Source: Carcharhinus amblyrhynchos (lineage: Eukaryota). From it: a stretch of DNA of 64,000 bases. Position numbers and translations under genes: made by a program. The notes below the pieces were generated by a model. That model was not told the DNA's origin. It was given only the letters and a program-made list of their open reading frames with translations, and did not search any database. Of this stretch, positions 1 through 11,804 are shown in pieces (within the stretch, counting starts at the first letter, position 1; every line of letters starts with the position of its first letter). Location of the stretch: NCBI GenBank assembly GCA_965287045.1, contig OZ336881.1, positions 64,852,001-64,916,000 of the forward strand. Reading direction: 5' to 3'.

Positions 1-101
1 TTGATTTATGTCAAACTATTTTTCAGCAAAATGTCAGTGGTCAAAAAGGCAGAACTTTGCTTTCTTTTTTTTAAGAACTGCATTGCACTGTGAAGAGTAT
101 G

Positions 102-126
102 ACCTGGTGTTGTCAGACTTTTTACT
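102..126 (+). mobile_element. 25-bp Penelope-type terminal fragment with 9-bp TSD
   Basis: AAGAGTATG at 93-101 and 127-135 flanks ACCTGGTGTTGTCAGACTTTTTACT; same 3' end as the insert at 21360-21456. Confidence 0.65.
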
Positions 127-1999
127 AAGAGTATGCAAAGCATGGTTTTAAAGGTTTAAAATGTGCAAGGTTTAAAATGCTTGAATCCAAGGCATAAAAG
201 CCTGAATAAGCTTGTTGTCTTCAATCAAAACAAAAATGCCTCTTGTTATTATGAAAAACATCCAGAAAAGTAGCTTTAAATTTAGTGTTATTTTTAGGCA
301 TATAGGTTGTTAATAATGTTTCCTGAATGATCCTCCTTTTGTTTAATTACAAGACCAGTCTGACAAATAATCTTCAGACTGTAAAACAGCTTTGCAAGCA
401 TGTGGTGGTTTACCTTAAATTCTCTGTTCCAATTCCTGCCCACACAAAAAAATGTGTACATAAAGAAAATGAATATGGAGTTGTTCTAGGGCAAAATAGG
501 AAAAGTGGTGTGACTTTAATTTAGAGTGACTTAGCCCCATATATACATTTGTGCTCAAAGGGAAATCACTTTGGATTATCAGCACTGTAGCACACTGCAT
601 AAAATATTGAAGGCTACTTTACTTTCTAAAGGTGGCACTCCAGGCTAGAAGAGCTTTGAGCAAATTTTAAATTTACAAATAACTGACAGAGGTAGCTGAT
701 GAGCTGTGAACAGCATATGCTGCCTTACTTCGAAGATGTCGCATCAGCTGACATGTCCTTTCTTAATAACAGAATTGTTGCATTTGCCTCTGATGTGATT
801 TAAGAGGAAGGGGAGCATTATTGCAATGTTGGGAGTGAGCTGTAAAGTTTTGTTGTGTTTGAACCTATCTTTCAAGTTAAATTGAAAATAGCATGTAAAT
901 TCAAAGGACAGCTTCGTTAATTGTTTTACTTTTTTTGCACTGTGATTTATTTTTTCTCTCTTTTCGCAGTGACTGACAGGAAGTTAAAGGTGAAATATTT
1001 AAAGGAGCTAGATTCAGATCTGTCTCAATAGTTGAAGCTGCTAACATTGCTGTTCTAACAGTAGCTAATTATTAGAGAGAACATTTGTTTGTAAGATGAC
1101 AGTTAAAGCTGGTCTAGATTGGGCAGTGGCTGTCAATAGCAGCTATATGTTCTCTTGACCTGTTGATTTGCAATGGTGATTTTGAAATTATATGATCATC
1201 ACCCAGAATCAAAACATTTATTCAACTCAGGAAAGGGTATTCTTCCTGTTCTGCTCCTTCTCCCAAAATATATCAGTTATAGAAGGGGGATGATGTGGAG
1301 AATATATAGTAGTTACTACCCCAAACTTAGTTTCTCACTGTTGATAGACAAAATCAGAGGTGATTTGAGTCAATGAGCCTGCAAATGCAATTTTAATCTC
1401 CAAGATAGGAATTTGAACTGAAAAATTACCTGGTCGAAACTCATCCATTCAGAGATCCGATCATCCCCACCCCACACTTCCATACATCATCCCAAATGTT
1501 CTTTTCAATAATTGTGGGGTTATAACCTGCACGACATACCGGAAGCCCGTTTCACGAGCGATTATTTGTAATGAAGATACGCAACAGTTCACATTTCACG
1601 CTTTGTTTGAACCTGTGCCCCTTGTCCTTCTGTGATGACTTAATTATGGTGATAGTCCAGAGTTAGCGATTCTATGCCGCCTTTCAAATATCTCCATATT
1701 TCACTTGGCTGTCTTCTTTCAAGACTTCAAAATAGTCACATCTCAAAGGTCAATCCTCTAATTCTACAGATTAGGTATTTAGCCTTGCTTTCAAAACTTG
1801 TGTATCCCTGACTAGAACTAGGTGTGGTCCTCAAGACAAGACCTGAAAATAGCACACAATAGTTGACTTTCTTCAAATTGGTCTCTAATGGAGTGATTTT
1901 TTTTTCTGAATGCTGTCCATAATCATTGTTTTGCTAAGTGCCAAACGTGTTATGTTTCTGTGACGCTGTTTAACTTCATCTTTAATTTTAGAATTGGTT

Positions 2000-2200
2000 T
2001 CACATGAAACATTAAACCAAGGACGATTTCTGCATTTCAGTGGCGGTAGAACATTCTGTGGCCTTTTCCCAAGGAGAGCAGTGAAGGTCTCCTGGTGTCC
2101 CAGTTGATTTCGTTCAATTGGCAACATCAAAATTGACTCTCTGCTTGTTTATCTCATTGTTTGTGGGACCTTGCAATGTGCAAATTGGCTATCTCCTCTG
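2000..2200 (+). mobile_element. Decayed DeuSINE (SacSINE1/AmnSINE1-like Deu domain)
   Basis: GAAACATTAAACCAAGG...GAGCAG...TCTCCTGGTGTCC...TTATCTCATTG.TTGTGGGACCTTGC..TGTGCAAATTGGCT resembles the Deu domain and the copy at 59645-60069. Confidence 0.65.
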
Positions 2201-2524
2201 CTCATACTGTGGCAGTGATTCCACTTGCTTTGTTGAAGAGAGATGCGTTGCCAAAGCTTTGTGTTGCACTACCTAGAACAAATGTAAGAATACAAAATTT
2301 CAAGTGATCACAACAGATTATATTACAGGAGAAAAACGTGCTGATTTGTTGCAAGTCAGCTCTGAATGGCGAATGTGTTGCCATGGAAAAAGCAACTGTG
2401 TTGTTGTGAACAATGTAGTGCCGCTTAAAAACTCAGGATGATGTTGTACCTTAGTATTTCTCAAGAGGATAGATAGGGAAAAATGTTTAAGTGGAAATTC
2501 CATATGTGCATTCACTGTTAAATA

Positions 2525-2757
2525 AATTATTGATGTATTGCTCAATTTTGTTAAAACTTTTTTGTATTGCACTCATCAGGGCAATTGCAAGAATACAAAT
2601 ATCAAGGGAAACAATAACTTTATACCGTATGAAAAGAGGGTGCTCATTTGGTTGGCAAGTAGATATGTTGATGTGCAGAATGCACCAGTTGTTGGTGGCT
2701 GACAGTTAATTGCCAAGCATTGTTTGAAATTTAAACCAGACAGCTTCACTCTTGATA
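2525..2757 (-). mobile_element. Penelope-like repeat with decayed hammerhead core
   Basis: Minus strand CCTGATGAGTGCAATACAAAA; reverse-orientation relative of 19090-19350. Confidence 0.6.
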
Positions 2758-2790
2758 CATATTGATAAACAAATAACTATTAACTTACAG

Positions 2791-2909
2791 GGACTATAGA
2801 AGTGCTGAAAGCCATGCAGAATCTAGGAGTAGAACCTGATGTGGAAACATATGCAAACTATGTGCAGTCATCATTTGATAATGTCGAGGTAGCTCGTAGC
2901 CAACTTGAG
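2791..2909 (+). CDS. LRPPRC: LRPPRC coding exon (119 nt, approx. human exon 12)
   Basis: ttacag|GG ACT ATA GAA...CTT GAG|gtatgt; (G)TIEVLKAMQNLGVEPDVETYANYVQSSFDNVEVARSQLE, matching recalled human [21 protein letters not shown]; PPR-like GVxPD motif. Confidence 0.95.
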
Positions 2910-3029
2910 GTATGTATTGACATCTAATACTGACATATTCCATTTATATAGCATCTTCGAGGTAGTAAAGCATCCGGAGGTTATGACAAATACAATAAAT
3001 TTACTTTATATTGAAATTGCAGACCACTA

Positions 3030-3330
3030 GGGTCAAGAACTAGAGGACACCGATTTGAGGTAATTGGCAAAAGAAGCAGTAGAGACATGAGAAAACCTTT
3101 ACACAATGAGTGATTGAGATCTGACATGCTGTGTGTGATCGTGTTGTGTGTTCACGTGTGAGAGATCATGTGTAATCATGTTTTGAGAATTTGATAATTA
3201 TCTGTATGAAGAAATTTGCAGAGCTACCAGGAAAATGAAATTAACTGAGTGGTTCTTGCAGATATTTGGTACGAATAGGATGAACTAAAGGGCTGCTTTC
3301 TTCTGTAACGTAACCATTCTGTGATTCCAT
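3030..3330 (+). mobile_element. CR1 LINE 3' remnant
   Basis: AGAACTAGAGGACAC...TTTACACAATGAGTG...3' UTR ending ATTCTGTGATTCCATGA. Confidence 0.65.
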
Positions 3331-3579
3331 GACAAAGTAGTTATGGTCTCTAAATAAACCAACAGAAACATTTTAAGAATCGAATAAGAATCAAAATTAA
3401 CTATGTATTGAATTCTTTTTATCATTGGATATGTTTCTGAATCACTTAAATTTGTTTCATTCACTTCACGTGCAGCTATTTGCCTTAATTGTTCTAGTTT
3501 CTTTTATTTTCACTAAGGTTATATGCATTAACTTTCACTGCTGGTTCTAAAACCTTGTAGCTGGAGAAAGGATTTGTTT

Positions 3580-3722
3580 CAAAATGCTGGAAAATCTCAG
3601 CAGTTCATCATGACTCAACGTTGGCTCTGTTCTCCCTACAGATGCTGTCAAACCTGCTGAGATTTTCCCGCATTTTCTGTTTTTATTTCAGATTCCAACA
3701 TCTGCAGTATTTTGCCTTTACT
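3580..3722 (+). mobile_element. 143-bp Penelope-derived hairpin element with 13-bp TSD
   Basis: AAAGGATTTGTTT at 3567-3579 and 3723-3735; inverted arms 3581-3603 and 3654-3676. Confidence 0.75.
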
Positions 3723-3891
3723 AAAGGATTTGTTTTTGAATAGATTCCATTGCATAAACTTTGCAAATTTGCAAGCCTTTTTTAACTTTTTTTCCGTAAC
3801 ATGGTCATTCTAGTTAATGTGTCAACAAAAGCCTAACATTACCAGCTTTCAAAAAAAGCTCATAAATCTGTTGGTTGCTTTGTCTGTAAAG

Positions 3892-3985
3892 GAAAATGGA
3901 TGTCTGGTTAATACGGTTGGGTTTTACGCCTCTGAACTCAGAACAGAAGCTTTAAATGGACATTTGGACAAGGTTTATTCTATGT
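3892..3985 (+). CDS. LRPPRC: LRPPRC coding exon (94 nt)
   Basis: gtaaag|GAA AAT GGA TGT...ATG T|gtaagt; ENGCLVNTVGFYASELRTEALNGHLDKVYSM; phase continuous with neighbours. Confidence 0.94.
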
Positions 3986-4745
3986 GTAAGTACTGTAATG
4001 TCCAGCACAACTACCTTTTTTAATCAGACTTTTTAAAAGTGTTACAAATATTGTGATATATAGTGAGTTTGATCTGGTTATTTTATAAAAAGTATTGATC
4101 TTAAACGTGAGATGAAGATTTCCTTGGAGCTACTCCTGCTCAGCTGGGATTTCCTCTGCACGTCTGGTGAAGTTACAACAGTAGACCAGCAGGATGTTTG
4201 AGAAAATGCACCCTCCAGGATTTTGCTACTTGTAGTTACAATGCAAGTAATGAAATAATCAAAAACACAGAACTGGCACTGACATTTTATTTGACCGTGA
4301 TGTATTAGCTCGTGAAAATAACTTGAACTTTTAATAAAAAAAAGACTGATGGGTTGATTAAAATTACACCATAAAAATATGTAGCATTTTGAAAAATTGA
4401 CAAGGACTTGATATGTACTTGATATTATAATCTACATATGAGAGTCAAACTACACCAATGCAGGTTCCTGATATTTTTCTAATAGTATCTATGGAGGTTG
4501 CTATACAGCTGCTGCTTTTCTAATATGCTGCTGGGCTTACAATGCAATTTCTGCCCTTATCACCTTATCAGCAGCAATATGAAGTTAATGCTGTAAAAAG
4601 ATAGATGGATGAATAGAATATTCTCCTATTATAATTTCTTCATTGAAAATAAAACAGTAGCGTATTCTGAAATGAATTTGATGTTGTTGGCTGTTTTAGA
4701 TTTGTCATTTTTCTGAATCTGTGGTGTACACTTCTCTCTTGGCAG

Positions 4746-4815
4746 TGTCATCGCCAACAAATCCTGCAGTGGACTTAAGTAGTTTCAGAGGCAGTCTTAT
4801 TTTAGGATTTAAAAG
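4746..4815 (+). CDS. LRPPRC: LRPPRC coding exon (70 nt)
   Basis: ttggcag|TG TCA...AAA AG|gtaagt; (L)SSPTNPAVDLSSFRGSLILGFK(R), cf. human RSSLLLGFRR. Confidence 0.92.
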
Positions 4816-5519
4816 GTAAGTTGATAGCATACATTATTTCAGGAAAAACTCTAGCATTTGTACAAATGTTTTACAATTGAGGAGTCCGTTAATACTGTTA
4901 TTGATTTGATTGATTAGGTTACGTTGAAGTAACGGGACTATGTAAATACTTGCATTGCAATCAAATATTCCACCAATTACTTAACTGGTTAATATGTTAT
5001 TTTAGCAGAAATATAATTGTTTCTATTAGGGCCCCATCTGTAGCAAAACCAACATTGACTGACTACTGAAATGTGCTTTTTACATTTACCCAGCAATTAC
5101 AATACCACGCTCCAGTGAAGCACGCGTATTTTAAATTTCATATTTTTAAATATTGTTTGGTCAATCATTCAGGTATTCTAAATGATTATAAAAATGGTGC
5201 AATCTCTGGCATGACTGCTTTTTGTATTTTCCATAGTAATATGTTAACATGTTAATGACAACTCCGACTCATTTGGTCTGAATTTCTTTATTCACTAATA
5301 TATATATATCTCTGCTACCCACCTAATGAGTTTTGGATCAAAGATTTCTGTGCTTGATGCCATTCTTACTGTATCAACTCAGTCTTCCATAGAATAGGCT
5401 CTGAATAACCCAGGCCAGGTGTATGCAGCAATGAAGTTGAATGTTTGTTCTGGTGAACTGAATTGCATGTTGGTTTCTTGGTAATCTGAGAATTCTTGAG
5501 TGAAATATCTCTGCCATAA

Positions 5520-5822
5520 AGGCAAGCGGCCCAGTGACTAGCACTGCTGCTTCACGGTGCCAGGGACCTGGGTTTGATTTTCAGCTTGGATCACTGTCAG
5601 TGCAGAATCACCACGTTCTCCCCGTGTCTGTGGGTTTCCTCCAGGTGATTGGTTTCCTCCCACATGTCCAAAAGGCATGTTGGTTAGGTGCATTGGCCAT
5701 GCCTAATTCTCCCTTAATGTACCCGAACAGGCGCTGGCATGTGGTGACTAGAGGAATTTCACAGTAACTTCATTGAAATGTTAATGTAAGCCCATTTGTG
5801 ATACTAATAAATAAAACTTTAA
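5520..5822 (+). mobile_element. V-SINE (HE1-like, tRNA-derived)
   Basis: tRNA head, V domain (CACGTTCTCCCCGTGTCTGTGGGTTTCCTCC), tail GTAACTTCATTG...AATAAATAAAACTTT; several sister copies in the window. Confidence 0.85.
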
Positions 5823-6478
5823 ACAAGGAAGATTTAGAACTCACAAAATTGACCTGTGTGTCAGCTTACGTATCAGACGATGATCACTAAGCAATGAAGA
5901 AAGGGGCACAGGTAGATCATTGGCATCATCCAAGGTGGTGATGTGAAGCAATAAGAGAATGCTTAGTTGTGTGTGATGCCATTCAGCTGGACAACAGAGC
6001 AGAGGTTGATGGTTTGCTTGACAATAACAAAGACTAAAGAGAGGTCGAAGAGTGTTAATACGTCATCGTCACAATCACAGAGAAAGTAATTTGTGACTAC
6101 CTAGAGCTATTGTGATGTGTAAGTGGCAAAAATCAAATTAGAGGCATTCCAACAGAGATATGAGAGAGATAGAAATGGATTTGAGATTTGAAGGAGGAGG
6201 GGAAAGTGAGGTTGGGGGAGTTGATGATTTTCAAGAACAGAGGGGTGGAGGGTAGAGACCTGAAAAGTGAGATGACGTAAGTGATTGATTCCAGCTCTCT
6301 AACTTTTTAGAAGAGCTCAGACATGGGAATGGTTACATGCCAGATCTGCTGGAGAATGATCAGGAATTAGAATTCTGGGTGATTTTTCTTTTCTCCATCG
6401 TAGCACTGGGACATTCAGGTCAACTGTACATGTTCCCATTGACATATGTTCACTCAACATGTATTTGGGTTTTCATGG

Positions 6479-7283
6479 TGTCAGGATGCTATGCCTTTTT
6501 GTTTTTGAAAACATAATTTTTCAACTGACTGGAAGTTTTGCTATTTGAAATGAAACAGAGCAAATTGTGTAAAAGTGCCAGGCCACATTCCAACGTGAAG
6601 GTGAGAAACAAATCACCCTGAAGGGAGTGATCACCCTGAAAGTGCGAAGAGAGATACGTTTCCTATAATTCAGGCACCCATTGAAACTGTCTTAACGCAG
6701 GGACATTAAGAATGTAAAACACTGCATATTTGAAGGATTGGCTACAACAAATAGGTGCACCCAAAACCACCTCAAAATGCATAAAGCGTGAAGTATTTCA
6801 AAGCAAAGCTGCCCAGTCGCAAGAGAGAGATTGCAGTTGGCACAGGAGTTGTCAAGAAAGTCTTCAGGGGAGAAACAGGCTGAGGGCTGTTCCCTCCTTT
6901 TTGAGAATAGTGTGTTGCCAGGTTCGAGAAACCAACTCGACTTGAAACTTACCAATGGCAAAGTGATCTCATATGTGGAAGATCATTTACATCTGACTGC
7001 ATCCAAAAAACCAGTCAACACAAATCGGCCACAGCATTTAAAACTTGCACCTCAAGGACAGTTAAAGGACACTTAATCATGTATTATTTTACCTTTTTTT
7101 AGTTGGACTCTAACTCCCCTTTGTGTGTGTGTGATTGGCTTGCTCACAGATTAAATAGCTAACTACATTCTGGTTTGGAGAAGGACATATGTCCATGAAA
7201 GAGAAGCTTCAAACTTGGTTGCGACCAACCAAGGAAGTGGAATACATTGGAGCTGGTTCACCCTTTCTCACTTAGTCAGAACA
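6479..7283. mobile_element. Solo LTR (Gypsy-like), 805 bp
   Basis: TGT...ACA termini; 4-bp TSD ATGG at 6475-6478 and 7284-7287. Confidence 0.65.
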
Positions 7284-8835
7284 ATGGCAAATTTTATAGG
7301 TCAGGAGAAGTACAAAATGGTAGCAATGATAGTTTTCCCACTAAATTTAAATTGAAAACATGCTATGCTTGTTGTATTTAATTTTATGCCCATGCTCTAA
7401 GATTGTAGGAAACTATTAGAAGATAAGGCAGCTTGCCTTTTTTTAAGTTATTACCTATAAACAGCTGCACAGCTATCTTGCATGCAGTCATCAACATAAC
7501 ACGCATTTAATTTATTGTCAAAACTTTGCCTTTGTGAATATGTTTGTCATGGTTTTGTTGTGCTCATGCTGTATCTGATTAGCCCTTTCTCACGCTGTTG
7601 AATGCCAAGTAATTCCATTTGATTTTAGAACTGAGGCCCAAAAAGTGTGATTTGTAATCGTCTGTGATGCAAATGAGAATGAAACAGATTTTAACCTTAA
7701 CAATTGCAGTGCATGCATCTTTTGTTAAGGGTTCTGTAAAAGTTCATGGTCATGTCAGCTGTCCCTCAATTTGAGGATGATATCTATTCTGAGTTGAGAG
7801 TTTCTGCCGTGGGTCTTTGTGACCAAGTAGGTTGATTCTCACCTACAAACCTTTGGACATGTGGGCAGAATGACCCCCACTCCACCACTTCCAGATTGCA
7901 GAATTAACTTCCTTATTTACCCTTCTCTGCTCCTAAATGGAACATTAATACCAATCTTTACCAGTGTAAGGGTCCTTCATTTTAGTTCCTGGAAATTTTT
8001 TGGGAATGCATTTTCAACTGCATATTTATGAAGAACATTTTAGGGGTATGAATTTGCATTTTCCTTGTGTTTGCTGGGACTCAGAATTGTGATCAAAACT
8101 TGCATTTGGGTCAACTTAATGATTTAATTAAGATGGGAAGGAAGAATAGTAGGAACTGCAGGTGCTCTAGCTGACATGAATTTGAGCAGTTAGAAAACAA
8201 CTGGTTAGTGAAAGTCTGCATTCCACTATTTACTAATAGATTAACAATTCATTGTGTAAAGCTGCTGGTGAGGGAAATTGAAACAACAAGGAAAAATGCC
8301 TGACATAAAAACAGATTCTGGGAATGCAGAAGGGAGTCCACCCTATGCAGTCCTTGTTCCCACTGCCTTTCATCACCTAATCGCTTGTTCATACAGTACA
8401 GACCCAGTCTGCTGCTTAGTATTGTTCACCCTGCTCCTCATCGAATTGATACTATTCTTGTCTTCCCGGCTAGCCTGTGCTGCATAGCTCTCATTCTGTT
8501 GCCCCAATGCTGATGGCGTCGATCATCAGTCAGCTACAGGCCATTTTCATGAATACAAAATGAACCAAGCAGTTTAGAAGAGGAGACGTCTTTTGATTAT
8601 TTTGGTGACAGGACCCAATGTGATTTTTGACTTTGACTTTGATCCAGTAAATTTTTGATAAAGATTAAGCTGGACAATGTAGTGAAAGTTGTAATTGGAT
8701 ACTTTATTTCAGAGAACTCGTATTTCTGTTTTTTTAAAAAAACGCTTTTAGATTGCTCTACACTTCATGTAAAACTCTGGTTGTTTATCAAGATTAATTG
8801 AAATATGATTCTTTATGTTCTGCTGCCCCCTGCAG

Positions 8836-8863
8836 GTCTAAAGATATTGATTTCCTCACCAAG
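8836..8863 (+). CDS. LRPPRC: LRPPRC 28-nt micro-exon
   Basis: ccctgcag|G TCT AAA GAT ATT GAT TTC CTC ACC AAG|gtaagt; SKDIDFLTK; bridges phase 2 to phase 0 as required. Confidence 0.9.
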
Positions 8864-9434
8864 GTAAGTGCTGACAAATAAATAAATTCCTTTGGCTGCA
8901 TTACAACAGTGCATGTTTTAAACATCAATTTCTTATTTTCATCTTTGAAATGTGGTAAAATTTTGAGAGAGATCGAAAGCCTTCGATTTTCTGCATGTAA
9001 ATTTTCTTCTGCCTTTTAATAAGTCATTGATTCACTGCTATGAAGAGGTGTACTATTTAAGTGGGTTACTTGTAACCCTTTAGTACATTCTTCCGTAATT
9101 AATTTAAAACTGACACGCATCAAAACATTACTTTAAGCATTGTCTTTTTAAAAACATTGCCACTAACTCAGTATTAGGATGGCCAAATATATTTTTGTTA
9201 GTAAGGAAGTGCCTGTCCTTGGAAGATGCTCACATTTTGTTGGGTTTTATTTCCTAGAGCAAGTTAGCTATTGAGCTTGTTCTGTGAGGCATTTTACAGA
9301 TGAAATGCCACAATGTACTGTTGATTAATACCTTTATAGAAAAGTGCTTTGTTATTTTGAGGATACAATTTCAAATACTGCTTGTTCTTGTGTTCCTCTA
9401 TCACCTACAATATATTATTATTTTGTCTTCTCAG

Positions 9435-9492
9435 ATAACAGAATTGTTGTACAAAGATGAACGTTATTGTCAGAATCCACCAGGACCGTCTG
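9435..9492 (+). CDS. LRPPRC: LRPPRC coding exon (58 nt)
   Basis: ttctcag|ATA ACA GAA...TCT G|gtagtg; ITELLYKDERYCQNPPGPS, cf. human ITELLYKDGRYCQEPRGPT. Confidence 0.95.
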
Positions 9493-10027
9493 GTAGTGTT
9501 TCAATTTCCTTGATTGTAACTCGTCCACAAATCCGTTCTATCTAATGATGGGGCTCGAAGGATTACAGGAGTAACACTGATTGCTTTTTTTTTTAAAGTG
9601 AAATTTTTAAAGTGTGTGGTCAGAAAAGCTTCAAGTATCTTTCCGCTCCATTGCATTTTCTTATTAATCAAAAAGTTCAGTTGCTTTTGGATTGGTAGCT
9701 TTTTGATAATCTTAATTTTAAATAAGAAATTGATGGGTTTACTGAGAAGCAATAAGTGTTTGTGCCAAATATTGATGATGCAGTTATGATACATTGAAAG
9801 TATGTTCCTGTGCATCGAGAGTTTTTTTGTCTTCTATTTAACATTCTTTGCACTGAGTCGTTTTATCGTGTATGCTGCTAAAGCAGCACAATCCACATGC
9901 CTCATTGATTGTTGCCATTTTTGACACTCGAACCTGAGCTTTTATAAATGATTTGTGTAAGATTAATCTTGATAATGCAACAATCTCAATTTGTGGCATG
10001 ATTATCTTTTTATTTCCTTTCTTGCAG

Positions 10028-10134
10028 AAGCTATTGGCTATTTTCTTTATAACTTGATTGACAGCATGAGTGACTCTGAGGTGCAGGCCAAGGAGGAGCA
10101 TTTGAGACAATACTTCCATCAGCTGAACAAGATG
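10028..10134 (+). CDS. LRPPRC: LRPPRC coding exon (107 nt), exceptionally conserved
   Basis: cttgcag|AA GCT...AAG ATG|gtacca; [36 protein letters not shown]. Confidence 0.97.
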
Positions 10135-10341
10135 GTACCATTTCATTCTAGCCACATAATGCATGTCACATATGACATGTATCTATTATTCTTAAAAATG
10201 CTACTTTTAAGTACACGAGATCTCATTTAATGACCTGGCTGGAATTGTATAAGTAAATTACATTTCAAGTTATTCCAGTTACAGAATTTCCACACATTTC
10301 TTTCAGTAGCATTTAATTTAAACTTGTTTTGTTTCTTCTAG

Positions 10342-10419
10342 GATATAGTAATCCCAGCAACTATCTACAGAGGAATTAGAAATTTGTTGGATGCTTACCA
10401 CGTCCCTGAGTTAATCAAG
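10342..10419 (+). CDS. LRPPRC: LRPPRC coding exon (78 nt)
   Basis: ttctag|GAT ATA...ATC AAG|gtagtt; [26 protein letters not shown]. Confidence 0.96.
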
Positions 10420-11804
10420 GTAGTTTATGACACTCTTGTCTTTTCCTTCATGTAAACAGATTTTTTTTTCTACTAGTGATGCACTATTATGTACTGATGT
10501 TGTACAGTTTTACATATCTTTCCAAACTTGTATTTTACATAGTGGATCAGGAAACAATGGCTGAATAAGTTAGTGCACCACAGGACTGGTCACTGATTAA
10601 AGAAAGGATTTGGTTTATTGTGATGTCCCTTGTGGGTGAATAGCTTATGTCCAAACCCTATCTAAGTTTATCAGTGAAGAGCAGATCCTTGAACTGGGTA
10701 ACAACAGTCTTCTGACATTTGTGAACCCAAGGAAGTGACACCGTCTTTGAGAGGAGGCAACAAATTAGGAATGGAAGAGAGGCAGAACAGCCACTTCTTA
10801 CATTTCAGCACCTGAAAGCCCACTTTGTCCTTGCATAGGCTATCGTGCAGACTAGGTTTCTGCATTACTTCTGATACTACTATTGTGAAGAATGAGGTTC
10901 ATATACTTGACATGGGTCCATCCTGAAAGGCACTCAGCTGGTATAAATAATGTAAAAATGTCCTTTTGTATACAGAACAAATCTGGCCTAACACAGTGGC
11001 TCTTAAATTCCAAATCAACCCAACCTGACAGCCGAAAGTTATTAACCCACCTGAACTAATGCCTATGTCTCTATGCATTTATGAAATGTTCGATATCTCG
11101 GACCAGCTTGGTAATTAGGACTGACATAGTAACATGTTTTTTCAGCAATGAAGAGTATAATAATTTTTGAAAACAGTTTTCTCCCTCCTGATAATGGGCT
11201 TACTTTGTGTTAAGTATATAGTCATGATTAGGTACAGGGCTGATCAGAAAATACATAACTCTCCAATGTCACCTAAGACCTGTACTTCATCTAAAACCTA
11301 ATGTTTTAATATTGCTGATTTTGAAGGCTTTTGAAGTGGCATTGCTTGTATCCTATGTACCAGTATCCAGTCAGTATTGAGTTAGTTATTCCTGGATCAA
11401 TAACCAGGCTGCTCCCAGATGCTGTGGTTATTTTTTACTTATTTTTATGGGGTCTGGACATTGCTGGCTAGGCCAGTATTTATTGTCTATCTTTAATTGC
11501 CCTTGAGGAAGTGACGATGAGCTGCCGCCTTGAACTGCTGCAGCTCATGTGGTGTAGGTACACCTCCTGTGCTGTCAGGAAGTGTGTTCCTGGATTTTGA
11601 CCCAGAGGCAGTGAAGGAACGACAATATATTTCCAAGTCAGGATAGTGAGAGACTTAGAGGGGAACTTCCAGGTGGTGGTGTTCCCATGTATCTGCTGCT
11701 GTTGCTCTGGATGGTAGCAGTTCACGCACTTGGAAGCTGCTGCCCAAGGAATCCTAGTGAGTTCCTGCAGTGCATCTTGTAGATGGTACACACTGCTGCC
11801 ACTG

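Noticed and set aside
151-180. AAGGTTTAAAATG repeated twice
   Set aside because: Simple local duplication with no further structure.
697-720. CTGATGAG motif (also at about 21764, 35098, 41284, 62328)
   Set aside because: No correctly spaced GAAA or flanking stems; not hammerheads.
9544-9582. ATGATGG...CTGA in the short intron
   Set aside because: Imperfect C box and only about 38 nt, too short for a snoRNA.
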